Virus record (IMG/VR): IMGVR_UViG_3300013005_000034
Location: 9,652-73,651 of that record
Length of the DNA: 64,000 nucleotides
Strand: one strand, 5' to 3'
From: a virus
The notes beneath the pieces were generated by a model. The model was not told where the DNA came from. It made no database searches and saw only the letters and a list, made by a program, of their open reading frames with translations. Below, one piece after another: positions 26,386-37,300 of the stretch. The first letter of the stretch is position 1; each line of letters begins with the position of its first letter. The position numbers were made by a program, and so were the translations under genes.

Positions 26386-27558
26386 CTACCCACCCACGCC
26401 ACAGGCGATGGGATGGGCTTCAAGGGTTAACGCTCCAACTAACGTTGGCAACTTACCTTGATTTTTCCTATCCGTTCCAGATAAGATATTTTTTAATGCA
26501 AATGATTTAATATTTATGGCAGCATTCAAATCCCTCGAAACTACTTCACCGCACTTCGGACAAGTCCATTCTCTATCTTTTAGAGTTAGGTCTTTGTTTG
26601 TGTATCCACAGTTTGCGTGTAGTTTGCTTGATGGCTCAAATCTGCCAATTTTTAGAATGTTTTTACCGTGCCATTCTGCTTTGTATTCTAACATAGTTAC
26701 AAAAGTTGACCACCCTGCATCACTTATTGATTGTGCAAGTTTGTGGTTCTTTACCATATTAGAAACTGCTAAATCTTCTATTGCTAAACTATCGTGGTTC
26801 TTGATTAGTTCGCTTGAAGTTTTATGTAAGAAGTCTTTTCTTTGGTTAGCTACTTTTTCGTGTAGTATAGCCAACTTATGTTTTGTTCTTTTTCCTTTGT
26901 GCTTTGAGTATTTTCGTTGCACATACTTTAATTTACTTTGTGCTTTACGAACGAATTTAGGATTATCAAATTCCTGTCCATCAGATGCAACAAGGTATGT
27001 TTTAATTCCTAAATCTATTCCAACGGTTGTGCTTTCTTTAATCGGTGCTTTTGGTTTAATTGCTTCACCAGTTTCACAAAGTATAGAAACAAAATATTTA
27101 CCTGTTGGAGTTCTGCTAATTGTGGCTTGCCTTATTTCTCCTTTGATTTGTCGGTGCAGAACAATATCAATTCCTTTTTTAAATTTAGGAATAACAAGTT
27201 TACCATCTTCTAAAGATACATTTTGTGGTATATTGAAACTACCACCGTTTGATTTCTTTTTAAAATTAGGGAAACTGTTTTGTCCTTTAAAAAAAGCTGT
27301 ATATGCTTTGTCTAAGTTAGTAATTGATTGTTGTAAGGATTGGCTGTTTATTTCTTTAAGCCATTCACATTCAGTTTTAAGGTCTTTTAATTGGCTATGT
27401 AAGGCAAAGCAACTTAAATTAACTTTATTTCCAGCCCAAGCCATCTGTTTACATTCTAAGGCTAAATTAAACACAAAACGACTTGCTCCAATATGCTTAT
27501 TCAGCAAAATGGATTGTTCCTTTGTAGGAGATAAACGATATTTAAAAGCCTTTAGCAT
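26386..27558 (-). CDS. tnpB: RNA-guided endonuclease TnpB
   Basis: KAFKYRL.P HTH; RuvC motifs GIDLG / IEDL / RDLNAA; Zn ribbon CPKCG. Confidence 0.93.
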   Translation of the reverse strand: MLKAFKYRLSPTKEQSILLNKHIGASRFVFNLALECKQMAWAGNKVNLSCFALHSQLKDLKTECEWLKEINSQSLQQSITNLDKAYTAFFKGQNSFPNFKKKSNGGSFNIPQNVSLEDGKLVIPKFKKGIDIVLHRQIKGEIRQATISRTPTGKYFVSILCETGEAIKPKAPIKESTTVGIDLGIKTYLVASDGQEFDNPKFVRKAQSKLKYVQRKYSKHKGKRTKHKLAILHEKVANQRKDFLHKTSSELIKNHDSLAIEDLAVSNMVKNHKLAQSISDAGWSTFVTMLEYKAEWHGKNILKIGRFEPSSKLHANCGYTNKDLTLKDREWTCPKCGEVVSRDLNAAINIKSFALKNILSGTDRKNQGKLPTLVGALTLEAHPIACGVGG

Positions 27559-27574
27559 CAATTATAAATATGTA

Positions 27575-27582
27575 CAAATATA
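27575..27582 (-). promoter_or_regulatory. Bacteroidota-type -7 promoter for tnpB
   Basis: TATATTTG on the - strand. Confidence 0.55.
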
Positions 27583-27663
27583 CAAAAGTTTAAAGAAACA
27601 ACAACATTTATTTAAAATAATTATCAACATTTAATAGATAAGGTCGCTTTCATCCCACCCACG

Positions 27664-28305
27664 CTAAAAAGCGATGAGTGGGCTTTTGCTCCCATTCTGT
27701 AAAGAATAATATTTTTTAGTTAGAGTAATACGTTCAGCAAGTCCGTTCACTCCTCCATTAATCTTTTTAGTTACTGCCGTAATTGTTGCATCATCAATTC
27801 CTTTATCACAAATACTCCATAAACCATTTTTATCAAAAAAGTAAAATGCTGATTCAAATGCAAATTCAGTCGCAACTAAATCAGGATTCGCCATAATTTC
27901 AGGCTTATTCAAAAACTTTGAAAATGCTTCAAAATTTGATTTCCCAGTAAGCTGCAATGCTCCTCTACCTCTAAATTTGAAACCTTCTCCACTTGCTTCA
28001 TCTCCATTACCCATTCGACTTGCGTAAACTCTATTAGCTATTCTTTCAGGTTTCCTTTCATATCCCTGCGCTTCAGTTAAAGTTTTAAAATATTTAGGGA
28101 ATGTTTTTAGTAAACCTTGTGCTGAATAATTTAAGTTTTCAGAAAAAACTTTGAAATGACCAGTTTCGTGAGAAGTCTGTCCAAAAAAATGCGCTGCCCT
28201 TATTGGCGACATTTTATAAAAATTCATTGCTGCTTTTAGAGTTCCTACTCCCAAAACCCCATCGGCTATTGTGCCAATTTTTGTTTGTAGAATTTTTAAA
28301 CTCAT
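27664..28305 (-). CDS. glycoside hydrolase family 19 endolysin
   Basis: AHFFGQTSHETG.F...ENLNYS, FRGRG.LQLTG..N and VT.KINGG.NGL..R motifs; N-terminal ADG..G..T PG-binding-like motif. Confidence 0.88.
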   Translation of the reverse strand: MSLKILQTKIGTIADGVLGVGTLKAAMNFYKMSPIRAAHFFGQTSHETGHFKVFSENLNYSAQGLLKTFPKYFKTLTEAQGYERKPERIANRVYASRMGNGDEASGEGFKFRGRGALQLTGKSNFEAFSKFLNKPEIMANPDLVATEFAFESAFYFFDKNGLWSICDKGIDDATITAVTKKINGGVNGLAERITLTKKYYSLQNGSKSPLIAF

Positions 28306-28994
28306 TTTTTCTCGTTTTTAATCACAACAAAATACTTTGGTGCTTTTGCCAAATCTATTTTACCATCAGAAGTTAAAGGAACTTTTGTCATTGTAACAGA
28401 ATTTCCTACATTACCTCCTATTGTTTCCGCTATACCATTCTTAATTCCAACAACAATATCCGTATGAGAACTAAAAGAACCTGTCGTATCATAATTAACT
28501 CCACTTTGTCTTGCAAAACCAACTAAATCACCAACTTGCAATTTTACCTCATTAGGCTTATATCCTTTGAATGGTTTATCATTATTTAATTTTCTATTCT
28601 TAATACTATCAACAATATAAGTTGAATGAGATGGCGAATATTTCCAATCGCTACCTGCACCCGATTTTTTCATAAGATAAGAAATGAAAGCTGCACTCCA
28701 CGCTTCATCAGTCATTTGTCTATCAGACCAATTTTTTACTCCTGCACCCTCTCTCCAATATTCTCTTAATCTTTCCATTGTTGATGGGTCGCCCTCTTTT
28801 ATTTGACCATTTTTCCAATAGTTCCATTCTGAAATGGCTGTATCTTTTAGTTTATTTACAAAATCTGAAATCATTTGATAGCCCTCCGATAATTTACTTT
28901 TAATTGATTTTCTATATATAACAATTAATGTTATGGCAGTTATACCTAACATTCCTGCTATAATCCATTTTTCTTTATTTGTTAGTGCCTTCAT
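28302..28994 (-). CDS. TM-anchored DUF2272/CHAP-like cell-wall amidase
   Basis: N-terminal TM; AWSAAFISY, SH.DIV and IGGNV.NSV motifs. Confidence 0.75.
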   Translation of the reverse strand: MKALTNKEKWIIAGMLGITAITLIVIYRKSIKSKLSEGYQMISDFVNKLKDTAISEWNYWKNGQIKEGDPSTMERLREYWREGAGVKNWSDRQMTDEAWSAAFISYLMKKSGAGSDWKYSPSHSTYIVDSIKNRKLNNDKPFKGYKPNEVKLQVGDLVGFARQSGVNYDTTGSFSSHTDIVVGIKNGIAETIGGNVGNSVTMTKVPLTSDGKIDLAKAPKYFVVIKNEKK

Positions 28995-29214
28995 TTAGTT
29001 TTTTTGTTTCTAAATAGTTTTTTGCATTATAATACAAGGTACAACCACCTATGACAACAAGCGATAAACTTAACCATGTAGGTAAAACTTTTCTATATTG
29101 TATTCCTCCATATATTAAAATAGGTGCAATAACGTAAACATCAATAAGTCGGATATTCTGACTTTTTTGCATTTCTTTTACAGTTGTCTGTATTTGTTCT
29201 TTAATTTCCATCAT
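28975..29214 (-). CDS. small two-TM membrane protein
   Basis: KSQ.IRLIDV motif with two hydrophobic helices. Confidence 0.6.
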   Translation of the reverse strand: MMEIKEQIQTTVKEMQKSQNIRLIDVYVIAPILIYGGIQYRKVLPTWLSLSLVVIGGCTLYYNAKNYLETKKLNEGTNK

Positions 29215-29816
29215 AAAGTATTATCAATGCTCTTTCCTATTTCTTTATAAATTGGCAAATTTGAATGAGGGTCTTTTACTGAACCGATTGCAGGATTTAT
29301 AATTTTAACTCCCTCGTTTTCAAATTTTTTATAATAGGCATTAACTTTTGTTTCGGTTACATCTTTGTTTCCTCCCCAACCCCAAGAACCTTTTACTACA
29401 AAAAGTTTTGAATTAGGAAAAACTCTTTTTAGTTCATTAACTAAGCCATTAATATCTTCGTTAGCATTAAAACCACCATTTGTTCCTATGTTAATTACAA
29501 CATTTTTAATGTCTTTTGTGATTGGATATTTAGATACAGCATCTTTTAACCACTTCAAACCCATGCCACCTTTCCACAAAACATTTTCGCTACCAACACT
29601 CCCAAGCATTTGAACTTTACTTGATTGTTTTTTTATGAATGGTGTTTGGCTATCTCCAATTATAATACTTCTTCCGCTAACTAATTCATCTTTATTTTCT
29701 TCTTTATCAGTTATTGATTTATCTTTCGTTACAAAATAATAGATTGCACCTCCAATAACTAAAATTGATGCGCCTATACCTAAACCTATTAATAATTGTT
29801 TAGTATTATCTTTCAT
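29211..29816 (-). CDS. TM-anchored SGNH/GDSL-like hydrolase
   Basis: N-terminal TM; IGDSQ, IGTNG and D.H motifs. Confidence 0.65.
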   Translation of the reverse strand: MKDNTKQLLIGLGIGASILVIGGAIYYFVTKDKSITDKEENKDELVSGRSIIIGDSQTPFIKKQSSKVQMLGSVGSENVLWKGGMGLKWLKDAVSKYPITKDIKNVVINIGTNGGFNANEDINGLVNELKRVFPNSKLFVVKGSWGWGGNKDVTETKVNAYYKKFENEGVKIINPAIGSVKDPHSNLPIYKEIGKSIDNTL

Positions 29817-30562
29817 TTTAATTTTATAGTTTTTGATTTAATGAGATAAAAACCTAAACCAGTTAAGCCAACTAATATTATTACAATAGGCATCCAATTT
29901 CTTTTTGTAAATTGAGCTGTTTCTATTACTATATCTTTAAATTTTTTTTTAGCTTCTTCTATTGAGTAAGGAAAATAATCAAGTGAAAACACAGGATTTG
30001 ATAGTGCTTTCATTGTATAATCTTTTGGAGTTCTAATACCTGCATTTGCTCTTTGAACATTTTCAGGAAATACATAGTTAGGATTACTAACTGATACAGG
30101 ATAAAATATAGTCATAAACAATTGTCCTTGCGTAAAGCTATCAGGTACTTTGCCATTTACTAATACTTTTCTTAAACCTCTACTCAAAAAGCCATCTACA
30201 TATTCCATTTGCTCCTTGAAAGACATTTTTCTTAATTTATCAGTTCCAACAGCATCACTACCATCGGCTTTTGCATAATACATAGTTTTACCTCCAATCT
30301 TTGTCATAAATTGAATTAAACCAGTTGCACCTATGCTATTTGTTATTTCGGGATTGAAAGTTCCTGCCGATTCGTGTCGGAATAAGTTGATTAACCACTC
30401 AAAAGGCAAACCATACTTATCGGCTACATCTGAAACTTTTTGTAAATCTGTTTTTGTTACGTTGTAAATGGGATAACCTCCATACTTATAACCTTGCTTT
30501 ATTCGGTTTTGTATGTAGTCGTATGCTTTATTTATAGATTCTTGCCTATTATAAACACTCAC
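29813..30562 (-). CDS. lytic transglycosylase/lysozyme-like protein with C-terminal TM
   Basis: HES.GTF.P...N..GATGLIQF; C-terminal hydrophobic anchor. Confidence 0.75.
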   Translation of the reverse strand: MSVYNRQESINKAYDYIQNRIKQGYKYGGYPIYNVTKTDLQKVSDVADKYGLPFEWLINLFRHESAGTFNPEITNSIGATGLIQFMTKIGGKTMYYAKADGSDAVGTDKLRKMSFKEQMEYVDGFLSRGLRKVLVNGKVPDSFTQGQLFMTIFYPVSVSNPNYVFPENVQRANAGIRTPKDYTMKALSNPVFSLDYFPYSIEEAKKKFKDIVIETAQFTKRNWMPIVIILVGLTGLGFYLIKSKTIKLK

Positions 30563-30570
30563 TTTTACTA

Positions 30571-30744
30571 TTATTTATAACCTTCGTCTTTTAATTTTCT
30601 TAAAGATAGACGATTTACTTTAATTGACAAAGAAAAAGCATAAACACTTAATCCAAAAATTAAAACCCCCATAGTAAAACCTATAATTTTACCTGCCTTG
30701 CCTCCATTTTGCTTAACTTGTTGTATTGCTATTTCGGGTGTCAT
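30571..30744 (-). CDS. small single-TM protein
   Basis: 57-aa ORF not in track. Confidence 0.5.
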   Translation of the reverse strand: MTPEIAIQQVKQNGGKAGKIIGFTMGVLIFGLSVYAFSLSIKVNRLSLRKLKDEGYK

Positions 30745-30746
30745 TA

Positions 30747-31112
30747 TTATTTTCTTTTACCGTTCATTTCAATAAGAATTTTCATCATTTCCTCTTGGCT
30801 TTTTCTTATTTCTTTAATATCACTATTCAGATTGTCTATCTGCTCTTTATTTGAAGTCGTGTAAATTCCTGTTTCCGAAAGATTAATCTTTATTTCAGAA
30901 ACATCTTTTTTTAGTTCTTTTATATCGTTTGCTGTTTCTGTTTTGTTCTCATTTAATTCCGATATGTTATTAACAGTATTGTAATAAAAACTATAAGATG
31001 TTAAAAATGCTCCTATTATTGTTACTACTAATGCGCCAAGAATTGTTTTGATAAGATGATTCTGTAATGATTTAAAAGTCAATCTTTCATCAATTTCAAC
31101 GGATTTGCTCAT
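30747..31112 (-). CDS. TM plus coiled-coil protein
   Basis: Hydrophobic helix followed by heptad repeats. Confidence 0.6.
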   Translation of the reverse strand: MSKSVEIDERLTFKSLQNHLIKTILGALVVTIIGAFLTSYSFYYNTVNNISELNENKTETANDIKELKKDVSEIKINLSETGIYTTSNKEQIDNLNSDIKEIRKSQEEMMKILIEMNGKRK

Positions 31113-31193
31113 ATTGTAAAGTTTTTTTTTTCAAAAATAATTAAAAAAAACTATTGTATTATAATTTTTAAACTTTACGTTTTTTTTGTAAAA

Positions 31194-32030
31194 TCAAAAA
31201 TAGTCGAAAGCATCATAAAACCATTTGAAGTTTGCTTTTACGTTTGATGAGATTGCAGTACCCAATAACTCATCGTAATCTTTTTTTAATGGTTGTATGT
31301 TTGGTTTAATTGTATGGTCGCCATATATTCCAAAATCTGAAATTCTATCATTTTCAACGGTCATCTGCTTTATATTATTGTAATCTAATTCACAATAAGG
31401 TTCATCTATAAACTCATAAACTTTTTTCATTGTTTCTTCGGGCTTCTTACTAAATTCCTCTGCACGAATAACAAGCATATTCTTTATTGTTTTAGTTTGA
31501 ATGGCATTGAATATCCTTTTTAGTGCTATTCCGAGTGGGGGGTCGCTTAACCAATGATTAACTCTTTGTTCAATTGTTATAAATTGTTGTTGCGAAGGAT
31601 TATCCCTGATGTCTAATATAGATGGATTTTCTCTCCACTTTTTTTCAAAAGATGATAATACTGAACGAATATCCCTTACCATAACTATAATTTTAGCATC
31701 AGGATTTATTTCCCATAAAAAAGGTGCGTAATGAACCCAACCTCTGCTTTTATCCAAGTAAATTTCAGCATCCTCTTTTTGTTTGCACATATATTCAGCA
31801 TAGCCTTTCATTCCCTCTCTACAAAAGTTTAAAAAACTTTCGTGCATAATATCTTCGGTTAATGCTGATTTGACTTCGGGAGTTGAAGAATAGTTGCCAC
31901 GACTTGAATAAATGTATTCCAATAGGGGTGAAGTTTCACCTCCAACTATTCTTGGATTATTAGCAAGGGTGTTGCACATAAGAGTTGTCATCGCTCTTGG
32001 CAAACCAGTAGTATATATTATTTTTTTCAT
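31194..32030 (-). CDS. sulfotransferase
   Basis: GLPRAMTTL PAPS-binding loop, DKSRGW and MVRD....SF motifs. Confidence 0.8.
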   Translation of the reverse strand: MKKIIYTTGLPRAMTTLMCNTLANNPRIVGGETSPLLEYIYSSRGNYSSTPEVKSALTEDIMHESFLNFCREGMKGYAEYMCKQKEDAEIYLDKSRGWVHYAPFLWEINPDAKIIVMVRDIRSVLSSFEKKWRENPSILDIRDNPSQQQFITIEQRVNHWLSDPPLGIALKRIFNAIQTKTIKNMLVIRAEEFSKKPEETMKKVYEFIDEPYCELDYNNIKQMTVENDRISDFGIYGDHTIKPNIQPLKKDYDELLGTAISSNVKANFKWFYDAFDYF

Positions 32031-32070
32031 AGTGTTTGATTTTTATTGATTCTTTGGTTTATGAAAATAG

Positions 32071-32105
32071 AAAAGTTTGCCACTAATTTAGTAGCAAACC
32101 TTTTT
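32071..32105 (-). terminator. stem-loop terminator
   Basis: GTTTGC(C)ACTA / TAGTAGCAAAC with A/T tails. Confidence 0.5.
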
Positions 32106-32115
32106 ATTTAATTTT

Positions 32116-32430
32116 TTACTTTGCAGGTGCAGGTTCAGCATCATGCAAAGTTTTAAACTCTGCTTTTAAAGCATCTAACTTTGCACTATCAACATCAGCA
32201 AATTTTACAGAAAAACTACCCTCTTTTTCTTTTGATAAATAAGATACTTTATGTGAATCAAAGATATTAATTGCATGATAATCTTTATCCTGAACATCAG
32301 CAGGTTTTTTAGATTTAATGTCATCTACTACCGCTTGTAATTTTGTAAATTTACTTTTATCTGTTTTGTAATTTACATCTTTGGAGATAATTTGTGCTTC
32401 TCCGTAACTGAAAATGTGAATTGTACTCAT
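32116..32430 (-). CDS. hypothetical protein
   Basis: Clean ORF with A-rich leader. Confidence 0.65.
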   Translation of the reverse strand: MSTIHIFSYGEAQIISKDVNYKTDKSKFTKLQAVVDDIKSKKPADVQDKDYHAINIFDSHKVSYLSKEKEGSFSVKFADVDSAKLDALKAEFKTLHDAEPAPAK

Positions 32431-32464
32431 TTTGTTTTTTTATTTTTATTATTTATTTTAATTG

Positions 32465-33382
32465 TTACTGAACAATATTTTTTAATCCTTGATTGGATAA
32501 TGAATCTAATATTCTTTCTGTGCTGAACAATTTAGTTCCCTCTTTGAAAGGACATTGGTATATGTTTCCTGAAATATCATAAGGTTCAAGAAAACTATCT
32601 CCTAATACATCAATTTCATCCTCTACTTCGGTAACAATATTATCGTGAATAGGATAACCTAAAATTTCAGGACTATTTCTTACCCACAATACAGTTGATG
32701 GCTTATCTAAAGCACAAGCAATATGTTGGCAAACAGAATCTATTAATAATCTTTTATCAGAAAATTTCACTAAAATCATTAATTCTCTTAAATTCCCTTT
32801 AAATTGCTCAACATTAGGTAAAGCAAGTTGGTCATCTCTGCGAACTTGTATAATTCTATGTGTATTTCTAAATTTATCTACCACTTCGTTTGCAGTTCCA
32901 TAAGGCATATCTCTCATCCAAGAAAATTTAATATCTTGAACAGCACCACCATTACTCTGAACTAAAAAGTATGGTTGATTAAATAAACCATATTTGTTAA
33001 TGCAATAATCTATTTCTCTTTGGTTGAAATAAACTTGTGGTCTTTCGCCATCGTATTTAACTCCAACAAGTGAACACCAAATATCAATTAAATGTTTCTT
33101 TTTAAGAATATAGTCATTTGTTGAATATGGCTCTAATCCGAAAATTTTAATGTTTTCTCTATCTTTTACAAAATCTAAATAGAAATTTTCAGTATTGCCA
33201 AACGTATAAATTCTATAAACATCAGGATTATACATCCAAATTTCTTTATAGGCAGTTACAACAATAATTTTAGCTTTTTCGTTTGATTTTTTAAGTGCAT
33301 TTACGACTGCTGTGGCTAATACGTTTTTACCTGCACCTCCGTTTATTGTGAAAACATAGATTTGCTCATCTTTATTTAACAT
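32465..33382 (-). CDS. glycosyltransferase (GT9/heptosyltransferase-like)
   Basis: GGAGKNVLATAV N-terminal motif; IDS..QH.A.AL.KPS.VLW. Confidence 0.72.
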   Translation of the reverse strand: MLNKDEQIYVFTINGGAGKNVLATAVVNALKKSNEKAKIIVVTAYKEIWMYNPDVYRIYTFGNTENFYLDFVKDRENIKIFGLEPYSTNDYILKKKHLIDIWCSLVGVKYDGERPQVYFNQREIDYCINKYGLFNQPYFLVQSNGGAVQDIKFSWMRDMPYGTANEVVDKFRNTHRIIQVRRDDQLALPNVEQFKGNLRELMILVKFSDKRLLIDSVCQHIACALDKPSTVLWVRNSPEILGYPIHDNIVTEVEDEIDVLGDSFLEPYDISGNIYQCPFKEGTKLFSTERILDSLSNQGLKNIVQ

Positions 33383-33402
33383 AGTTGTATGGTTTTAAGA
33401 TA

Positions 33403-33410
33403 CAAATATA
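33403..33410 (-). promoter_or_regulatory. Bacteroidota-type -7 promoter element
   Basis: TATATTTG; equivalent motifs at 38632-38639, 41459-41466 and 45109-45116. Confidence 0.55.
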
Positions 33411-33457
33411 ATGTTTTTTTTAGGTTTAAAATATACTAACAATTCATTAGTTATTTT

Positions 33458-34330
33458 TTAATATATCTTATTTAATACAAAAATATCACTATAAATTGAG
33501 TTTCCTACATTCGCTGAACCCCATTGTGCAGTTACATCTAAAGTATTAGGAATGGTAGTATCAAATGTAGTGTTATTAATAGTATAAAATCCATAACCCT
33601 CTTGTGTTCCACTTGCTAATTTAAGAATGTGCATATTACCAAAAGTAACTATTGATGCTACTCCTGCTCCTCCAATAGTTCTTATTGTAAAATTTATATT
33701 TAACTGCCAAACTTGGTTTGTAATGTTAGGCATTACTAATGGATTAGATTGAGCCAATACTGTGCTTCCTGCCTTAACTCTAATTGTAAGTGTTTCATTA
33801 TTTTGTGCGGACATTAATCCTCCAAATATTGCAACAAAACTATCTGCTACTGAAAATCCATTTGCAGGTACAGACAAAGTTCCAACTCCGCCATTTATTA
33901 AAGTTCCCTCTGTCGTTGTTGCTGTTATTGGGGTGCTATCTGATGTTTGCGCAAACAAACCATAATTCGTTGCAGGTATTGGAGGCGGTATAATACCCCC
34001 TTGTAAAGTCCATGTATTTGATGAAGTTTTAATTAGTTCACACATACAATATTGAGATGCTAAACTCAATATGCCTGACTGACTATTTATTGTAACTCCT
34101 AAACTTGCTAAAATAGATGTTTGTCCTACTCCTGATTGTAAAACATATATTCTTGTGCCAATTAGAAAATCAACCGAACTATCATTGGGTATAGTAACTG
34201 TATTGGCAGTTGCTAAATCCATAATAATTAATTTTGATGGGTCGAAAATACCAAGAACATAATTACTTATTTGATTATTTATATGTAGATTTTGAGTTTC
34301 GTTAAACTCTATTCCATTAAATATTGGCAT
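33458..34330 (-). CDS. fibre/spike-associated structural protein
   Basis: N-terminal domain paralogous to 41533-41922 (ANTVTIPND..VDF..GTR.YVLQ.G.GQT); beta-rich C-terminal domain. Confidence 0.6.
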   Translation of the reverse strand: MPIFNGIEFNETQNLHINNQISNYVLGIFDPSKLIIMDLATANTVTIPNDSSVDFLIGTRIYVLQSGVGQTSILASLGVTINSQSGILSLASQYCMCELIKTSSNTWTLQGGIIPPPIPATNYGLFAQTSDSTPITATTTEGTLINGGVGTLSVPANGFSVADSFVAIFGGLMSAQNNETLTIRVKAGSTVLAQSNPLVMPNITNQVWQLNINFTIRTIGGAGVASIVTFGNMHILKLASGTQEGYGFYTINNTTFDTTIPNTLDVTAQWGSANVGNSIYSDIFVLNKIY

Positions 34331-34345
34331 TTTTTATAATAAATT

Positions 34346-37300
34346 TTATATTGATTTTGTCATATTAGGGTCGCCAACTAAATATTTAGGTACTGAATAT
34401 GTCATTTGATTTTGAACACTTGGGTCATTTTTAGCAATTCCATTAGGGGATTGATTATTATATCTTGTACCTCTCGCATTAGTAGAACTCTTTTTTGTAT
34501 TAGTGAGCATCAATAATTGTTGAGGTCTTGATAATGTGCAATTATTTACATTAACAAACTTTGCTATTTTCTCAAAATTATCAGTAAACGCTATTGTATA
34601 ATTAGTTGTTGATGTTGAAGAAATAATTGTTTGCAATTCAGGTGAGCCATTAAAAAACTCATTCATTGTTATAGTGTTACCTGCTGTTATAACTACATCA
34701 TCAAAGTTTATTTTATTGCAATTAACAAATGTTGAATTACCTGTTATGTTTAAAGTTGAGTTTTTTGTATTTACTTTACCATTTCTATATGTAAAAGTAT
34801 TTGCTCCAGCAAAATAAACATTTCCACTTAATGTTAAAACACCACTTGTATTTATTGTAAAATTTGCACTTATTGATTGATTTGCAACAGTTTGATTTGT
34901 AGTCCATGTTCCTGAGCCTACATAATATATTTGCACTGTTCCACCAAAAGGTGCTAACAAATTTGAATTACCTATTCTAATATTTCTTGAAATATATAAA
35001 TTTGCACTATTCATTGTCGTACCTGTACCAGCGGTAAAAGCATTAGTTAATAAATCATTTGTGTAAATATTAGTATTATTAAAATTAAGATTAAATGCGT
35101 TACCATTACTCGGTTGTGGTTGTAAAACATTACAGATTATAGAGCCATTTCCTGCATAAGTAGTTGTTGAAGCAACACCTCCATTAGTTAAAGAAAAAGT
35201 GTTTAAAATACTTAAATCACTTGTTAATGTAAATGTTCTTGCTGTTCCACCACTACTTGTTAATGCAATATTATACCATGACATACCTGCTGTATCTAAA
35301 TTTACTGAAAACCAAGTATTTGTATTGCTTAATAAAATATTAAGAGTGTTTGAATTTGTAGAAGAATCAACTGTTCCTGAAATATAAGTTATTGTATTTA
35401 CGGAGTAATAAATATTAGCACCTAAAGTTAAAGTTCCTGATGTGTTTATATTTATGTTTTTTAATATGTATCCAGCAGCAGTATGATTCCAAGTTCCTGT
35501 TCCCGTAAAGTTTATTATAGATGAACCAACAATACTTGGAGTAGTTGTAACTAATAATCCACCTACATTTATATCACTATTATTGATTGTCATGCTTGTA
35601 CCACCTCCTGATAATGTTAAAGTTCCTGATAATGTAAAATTGTTTGTTAATGTAAATGTTGGGTTAGTTCCACTAAAAGTTGCATTATTCCAAACTATAC
35701 CATCTGTAACAAATGTTGTACTTGCATTTGAATTTAATCTTGAATTATTAGTTGTAGTATCAACAGTTCCTCCTGATGCTACAAATGTTAATGTTCTTGT
35801 TCGATAATAAACATTAGCACCAATAGTTAAAACTCCACTTGTTTTATCTATTATAAGGTTATTTGATAAATATTGAGTTGATGAATGTGTCCAAGATTGG
35901 CTTCCTGTACCATTAATTCTAATAGTGGAAGTGCCTGTGGTTTCACCATTATTTGCTATTAGTAAGTTTCCTGACACATTTATATTAAATAAACCATTTA
36001 TAGTACAAGCTCCACCACCTGAACTTGTGGTAAAATTCCCCCCAACATTAAAATCACTATTTAAAGTTATGGTAGGTGTACCAGCAGTAATTGAAACATT
36101 ACCCCATGTCATACCACTTGTATTAAATGTGCAAGTATTTCCAGCAATATCTAAAGTAGAACCTGAAGTGTTTACTGTTCCATTTAGATAAGTTAAAGTT
36201 TTACCACCTGTTAAATAACCATAAGTAACAGTACCACTTATAGTAATAGTTCCTAATGTATCTATTGTTAAATTATTAACTATTCTTCCAACTTGACCAA
36301 CTGTTCTTGACCATGTTCCTGTACCACTCATAGTGATTAAAGTTGTACCATCAATAACACCATTAGCAGTTATATTTATATTTCCTGTTATAAAAATAGT
36401 GTTTGAATTAAATATGTGAGTACCTGTGTTGGTTAATGAATAATTGGTAATTGTAATGTTGTTTGGCAATGTAGTTGTGCCTCCACCAGCAGATGTACCT
36501 GTTATTAAACTACCTGTTGGATTAAATAAATTTCCTCCTGTTGAAAAACCTAAAGTGCTTGAATTGTTAATTGTTAATATACCTATTATATTCCAATCAC
36601 TTGTTAAAGTTATGGTAGTAGCAACACTTGAACTAAAAGTTACATTATTCCAATTTATACCATTGGTATTAAGAGTGGTTGAAGCTGATATATTTAAAGT
36701 AGAACTTCCTGCATTTACAGTTCCTCCACTTGCAACATAAGTTAATGTTCCTGTATTATAAGTTAATGTTCCTGATAAATTAAGAACACCACTTGATTTA
36801 TCTATTGTTAAGTTATTTCTAATCTGATGATTACCACTTGCCGTTAATGTTTGGGTAGCTGTACCAGTTATTTTTATAGCAGCACTACCTGTATAAGTGC
36901 CATTATTGAAAATAGTAATATTTCCAAATGCTTGAACTTCTTGTGTAGGGTCAAAAACATTATTTCTTGTTATTACAGGACTTGTAGTAGAAGATAATGT
37001 TAATAAAGCATTTATTTTAAAAGTATCTAATAAATTAACTTGTGGTGATGTAGCACCAATAGTTATTGGTATATCCCAATTTGTATTTGCTGTTGTTATA
37101 CTTTGTGTTGTTGTACCACCTATAATTATCCCACCTGTTCCTGCATAACTAAAAACTGATGCGCTTCTTGTTAGATTTCCAGTTATTGTAAGATTAGCAC
37201 TAAAAGTTATAGTGTTTGTGTAACCACTAAAATTTATATCAACACATTGACGAGAGTTTGAAACTGTAACTTGCCCTGATGTTCCATTTAAAATAACACT

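Larger units (their letters stand above)
26381..27698 (-). mobile_element. IS200/IS605-family (IS1341-like, tnpB-only) element
   Basis: Related subterminal hairpins at 26389-26420 and 27654-27685; right end ...TAGTTCAC; TTTAC immediately upstream of the left end; no tnpA. Confidence 0.8.

Noticed and set aside
26516-27634. 372-aa + strand ORF
   Set aside because: Antisense shadow of tnpB with no recognisable motifs
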